IMG/VR virus record: IMGVR_UViG_3300033757_000347
Strand: one strand, 5' to 3'
From: a virus
Lineage: Duplodnaviria > Caudoviricetes
Length of the DNA: 64,000 bases
The notes under the pieces were generated by a model, which saw nothing but the letters and a program-made list of their open reading frames with translations, did not search any database and was not told the DNA's origin. Positions 60,842-64,000 of the stretch are shown piece by piece; positions within the stretch are counted from its first letter, which is position 1, and each line of letters begins with the position of its first letter. Position numbers and translations under genes: made by a program.

Positions 60842-61588
60842 TTATTTGTAAATTATATCTGATTCTTCGAACTGGTTTAGCTTGCTAAGAGCAAAAACGA
60901 TGCGTACAAGAGCAATGACGTCCTTGTTGCAGTACTTTTGGATGTCGCTGATGTTACCGGCGTAATACTCTGAGTGAACTTGATCTCCGGCCATCTCGTC
61001 TTTCGGAGAAGGAAGGTCGAAGACTGCTGACAGAAGGTCCAACGAAGTGAACCCTTCCTGCCATGCGCCGAAGCTCCACAGCTCGGAAGAATCCTTAACG
61101 TCGATCTCCCACGGTTTCTTATCCCAAACCTGAAGAGGAATTGGCGGTTCCATTCCGTGAATGAAAGCTCTCTTGCAGATGTACGGAATGTCGAAGCGCT
61201 TGATGTTGTGTCCAAACGGAACGACTTTGTTCTTGTACATGCCGTTGAACACTTTGGTCGCTTGAACGAGGATCGCTTTTTCGTCTTCTCCTGAATAGGA
61301 AACTACCTGAACGATTGGCGAAAGGTCAGGATCGTCCTGGAACTTAACTTTTCCGAACGAAATACACACGATCTTTCCGAACTCAGCTTGAAGGCCTGCT
61401 TTTTCAAGCCAGAGCTGTTCGTCCGACATTGTCGCATTTTCTGGGTGCTTATCTATTGATCTCAGGTACTCGCACCTGCGGGACCAGAGTTGAGCCATCC
61501 TTTCGGATAGGTCGGTAGCAGAAGCTACACTGCCTGCTGTCTCTACGTCGAAAAATAAGAATTTTTCTATTTCAGATCTGCTGAACAT
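60842..61588 (-). CDS. DnaQ/PolB-like 3'-5' exonuclease
   Basis: FFDVET, GHNIKRFD and YCNKDV (DEDDy) motifs. Confidence 0.88.
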   Translation of the reverse strand: MFSRSEIEKFLFFDVETAGSVASATDLSERMAQLWSRRCEYLRSIDKHPENATMSDEQLWLEKAGLQAEFGKIVCISFGKVKFQDDPDLSPIVQVVSYSGEDEKAILVQATKVFNGMYKNKVVPFGHNIKRFDIPYICKRAFIHGMEPPIPLQVWDKKPWEIDVKDSSELWSFGAWQEGFTSLDLLSAVFDLPSPKDEMAGDQVHSEYYAGNISDIQKYCNKDVIALVRIVFALSKLNQFEESDIIYK

Positions 61589-61825
61589 AGTTGTGATTTT
61601 TGTTTCTTATACTTCAGAAAGTGAACTTGGTTTTGGCTCGGGCCCGCCCGTGGTAAATAAGATCTTAGGAATCAGATTTATTAACTTATTAGTAATAAGT
61701 AGACTAAGAGACTTATTCTCTTATCTACACCCACCCACCACCCTTATTCTATAAGGCACCCGCAAAAGGTTTCAAAACCGAGTGAAAAAATCGTGTAGAA
61801 TACTGACAAATCACTACCATGAAAA

Positions 61826-62515
61826 TTGATCGTTATTGGCATAGATTTTTCGATTCAGTTCCCAGCTGTATGCATCTCTAGAGACTTCAAAAGTTTCAAG
61901 TGGATAGCATGTGTCAATACTTCAATTTCAAAGTCGTACCGTAAATTTTTAGAAGACATCGAACTAGAGTACCGAAATCTTCATTTCGTGTACTTGACCC
62001 CTAGGCAAAAGCCAAAAGAAAACTATTCAGCAATAGAACGATCCAAGCTTGCGAATTATTCCAACTTGGTGGACGTGTTAGCATCAGAAATAAACCAAGA
62101 AATCGCCGGAGACTCAAGAATAATCGTAGCCATCGAAGGACTATCTTACGGAGCAAAGGGAAACGCTTTGCTAGACATCTGCCAATCAACCGGCATGATG
62201 AGAAAGGCGATTTTGGACAGAGTTTTAGCTGGGCACGAAGAGAAGGTGTTTATTTTCTCACCAGGAGAGCTGAAGAACGCGATAGGAGCGAAGGGCAACG
62301 CAGGAAAGTACGACGTTTACCGTGCAGTCGTTGAAAATCCCTCCCTAGCAGCATCCAGCCAACTGTTCAGTGCGATAAATAAGCATCACGAAACTATCGT
62401 CAAAGGGACTGTCGTGCAGTCTCCGTTCATGGACATGATCGATTCGTACTTAGCAGTACTTAAGGTTCATGAACTTCTAAAAAAACCAGCTGAAAATGTC
62501 GAAAGCAAAAGCTAA
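61826..62515 (+). CDS. RuvC-like Holliday junction resolvase
   Basis: IGIDFS, VAIEGLSY, P..LK...G.GNAGK and DMIDSY motifs. Confidence 0.75.
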   Translation: MIVIGIDFSIQFPAVCISRDFKSFKWIACVNTSISKSYRKFLEDIELEYRNLHFVYLTPRQKPKENYSAIERSKLANYSNLVDVLASEINQEIAGDSRIIVAIEGLSYGAKGNALLDICQSTGMMRKAILDRVLAGHEEKVFIFSPGELKNAIGAKGNAGKYDVYRAVVENPSLAASSQLFSAINKHHETIVKGTVVQSPFMDMIDSYLAVLKVHELLKKPAENVESKS

Positions 62516-62915
62516 CAAGTTCTACATAAACAACAGGGAATTTACAAACGAGATAATACGATGCAAGTATGGGTTGCTTAACGAGGAAACTGGTTACCAG
62601 CACAAAGCCGGAGAACTTTCTCCAAAGGCAATAGACTACTTCATCCTTCTAGCAAATAGAGCTATCCAAAAATTGACCTTTACTAACCCACTGGACAAGG
62701 AAGACTGCATTCAGTCAGCCATGCTTGATCTTTTAAGGTACTGGCAGAACTTTAACGAGGAAAAATCAAACAATGCCTTTGCCTACTTTACTCAGATAGT
62801 AAAGAACGGGTACGCGAAGGAGTACAAGAAGATTCACAAGCACATCGGGAAGGGCGAAAAGATAGAATTCGTGTCGTTAAGCTTCACAGGAGAGAGCGAG
62901 ATCTTTTCGATCTAA
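62496..62915 (+). CDS. late-transcription sigma factor (T4 gp55-like)
   Basis: YINNREF, EDCIQ and NFNEEKSNNAFAYFTQI motifs. Confidence 0.85.
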   Translation: MSKAKANKFYINNREFTNEIIRCKYGLLNEETGYQHKAGELSPKAIDYFILLANRAIQKLTFTNPLDKEDCIQSAMLDLLRYWQNFNEEKSNNAFAYFTQIVKNGYAKEYKKIHKHIGKGEKIEFVSLSFTGESEIFSI

Positions 62916-62961
62916 CACCTGTGATTTGCATGATAAATACTCGAAAGGTGCCGCTAGCCGC

Positions 62962-64000
62962 ATGAACGTCAACAACCTAGTTTTTTTCGATAAGAACGGT
63001 GAATCGTACAATCTTTCCTTGAACGCAGGTGGATATTGGGAAGGAGCTGACTATTTTTTGCCAGTTTCGTTAGCTCTGTTCGACGTGTCGAACATATTCA
63101 TTCTGGAGAACACAGCTCCTGGCGTCTACAAGTACCCTACAATGGAAACCGGATCAAGGTTCGAAATAAAGTGGGTAACTCAGGACGCGAAGCTAAACTT
63201 GTTCCTATTCACTGTTCAAAGAGAAGGTGTTCATTCAGATGATCCACCGTACATTCACAAGCAGGATTCCATCACCATAAATCACAGCGATTTTGGTCAG
63301 GTAGGAACTCTGGATTTAACTTACCCAATGCAAGTGAACGTGGCCTTCACTCCAAGCGAGGAAAGATCGTACACTAGGGTCATGGAAATCTATTACGTGG
63401 TCGGATCAACTTCGACGAAAGTGTTGGAGATGACCTTTTACGGCGAAGGAGAGGACGAGGATGAGAGATACCGCATTTGGTTGGAAAACTTTGGCATAAA
63501 GTTCAACCGTGAGGATGCTTTGCTTCTGAAGGATTACGATCTTAAGGAAGGTTTGCCTGACTGGTCACAGATAAACGCTGCTAGAAAGAGCATGCTCGTA
63601 ACGATAGACCAAGTTTACCCATACGTCGGAACTTACAAGGGTCTGATGAACCTCATCAACCTTTTGGGGTACCGGGACGTTCTACGGGTAAAGGAATACT
63701 GGCAGGACGTTGATCCAAACTCTTTGTACTACCAGAATTATGCAATGGTGGACGTTACCGACCTAATGACGGTCGGCGATTCATCTCAGGTTAACTTTGT
63801 CGACCTTAATGGCCAGATAAAAAAGGGCGGAAAGTTTAAGAAGACTGAATTTCTAGCTCTTACCTATGCTTTTACCGTACCTAGCGATACTTACGACGAG
63901 GATGGCTTGCCCGAAGTGGAATCCACTACTAATTTTACCGTGGAGGAAATTTTCTTCAAGCTACACGGAGTCGGAAGGAAATTAAAGCAGGAAATCCTTC
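62962..64000 (+). CDS. large structural protein, possibly baseplate wedge (3'-partial)
   Basis: Open frame MNVNNLVFFDKNG... runs to the window end after a GATAAATA motif. It contains YVGTYKGLMNLINLLGY, which resembles wedge/P2 gpI-type proteins. Confidence 0.55.
   Translation, partial: MNVNNLVFFDKNGESYNLSLNAGGYWEGADYFLPVSLALFDVSNIFILENTAPGVYKYPTMETGSRFEIKWVTQDAKLNLFLFTVQREGVHSDDPPYIHKQDSITINHSDFGQVGTLDLTYPMQVNVAFTPSEERSYTRVMEIYYVVGSTSTKVLEMTFYGEGEDEDERYRIWLENFGIKFNREDALLLKDYDLKEGLPDWSQINAARKSMLVTIDQVYPYVGTYKGLMNLINLLGYRDVLRVKEYWQDVDPNSLYYQNYAMVDVTDLMTVGDSSQVNFVDLNGQIKKGGKFKKTEFLALTYAFTVPSDTYDEDGLPEVESTTNFTVEEIFFKLHGVGRKLKQEIL

Noticed and set aside
61826-62515. TnpB/Cas12-like RuvC effector for the orphan omegaRNA
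   Set aside because: At 229 aa it has no zinc finger or WED/REC region. It has a resolvase-type layout and sits beside gp55.

Overview
64 kb of a T4-superfamily jumbo (huge) myovirus genome, read with the standard code. The host is probably Bacteroidota, inferred from A-rich leaders without Shine-Dalgarno sites and one canonical TTTG-N20-TAnnTTTG promoter. Morphogenesis genes are scattered through the window: baseplate gp53/gp27/gp5-like, prohead protease-scaffold, major capsid gp23, tail tube and tail sheath. The replication block holds gp46/47, gp41 helicase, UvsX, the N-terminal half of a split gp43 polymerase, RNase H, gp32, a RuvC-like nuclease and the gp55 late sigma. There are also nucleotide-pool enzymes, GroEL/GroES/DnaJ, an S1-like protein, an Hc1-like protein, a T5 A1-like phosphoesterase and a glycosyltransferase/acetyltransferase/ACP operon. 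The most striking feature is an AT-rich ~1.2 kb island (8718-9895) built from nested non-autonomous IS200/IS605 ends. Its inner 234 bp element has its own promoter and a TnpB-type omegaRNA scaffold whose 3' end abuts exactly a solitary Cas12a-type CRISPR repeat. Other notable structure: an attC-flanked MT-A70 methyltransferase cassette, two phage promoter classes (ATAAATA and AAAC-N17/18-TAnAAT), a shared (F/Y)xxF(V/I)xE motif that may be a virion-packaging signal, a probable nested scaffold gene, and a candidate R-loop origin. All product calls come from motif recognition by eye; no database search was run.
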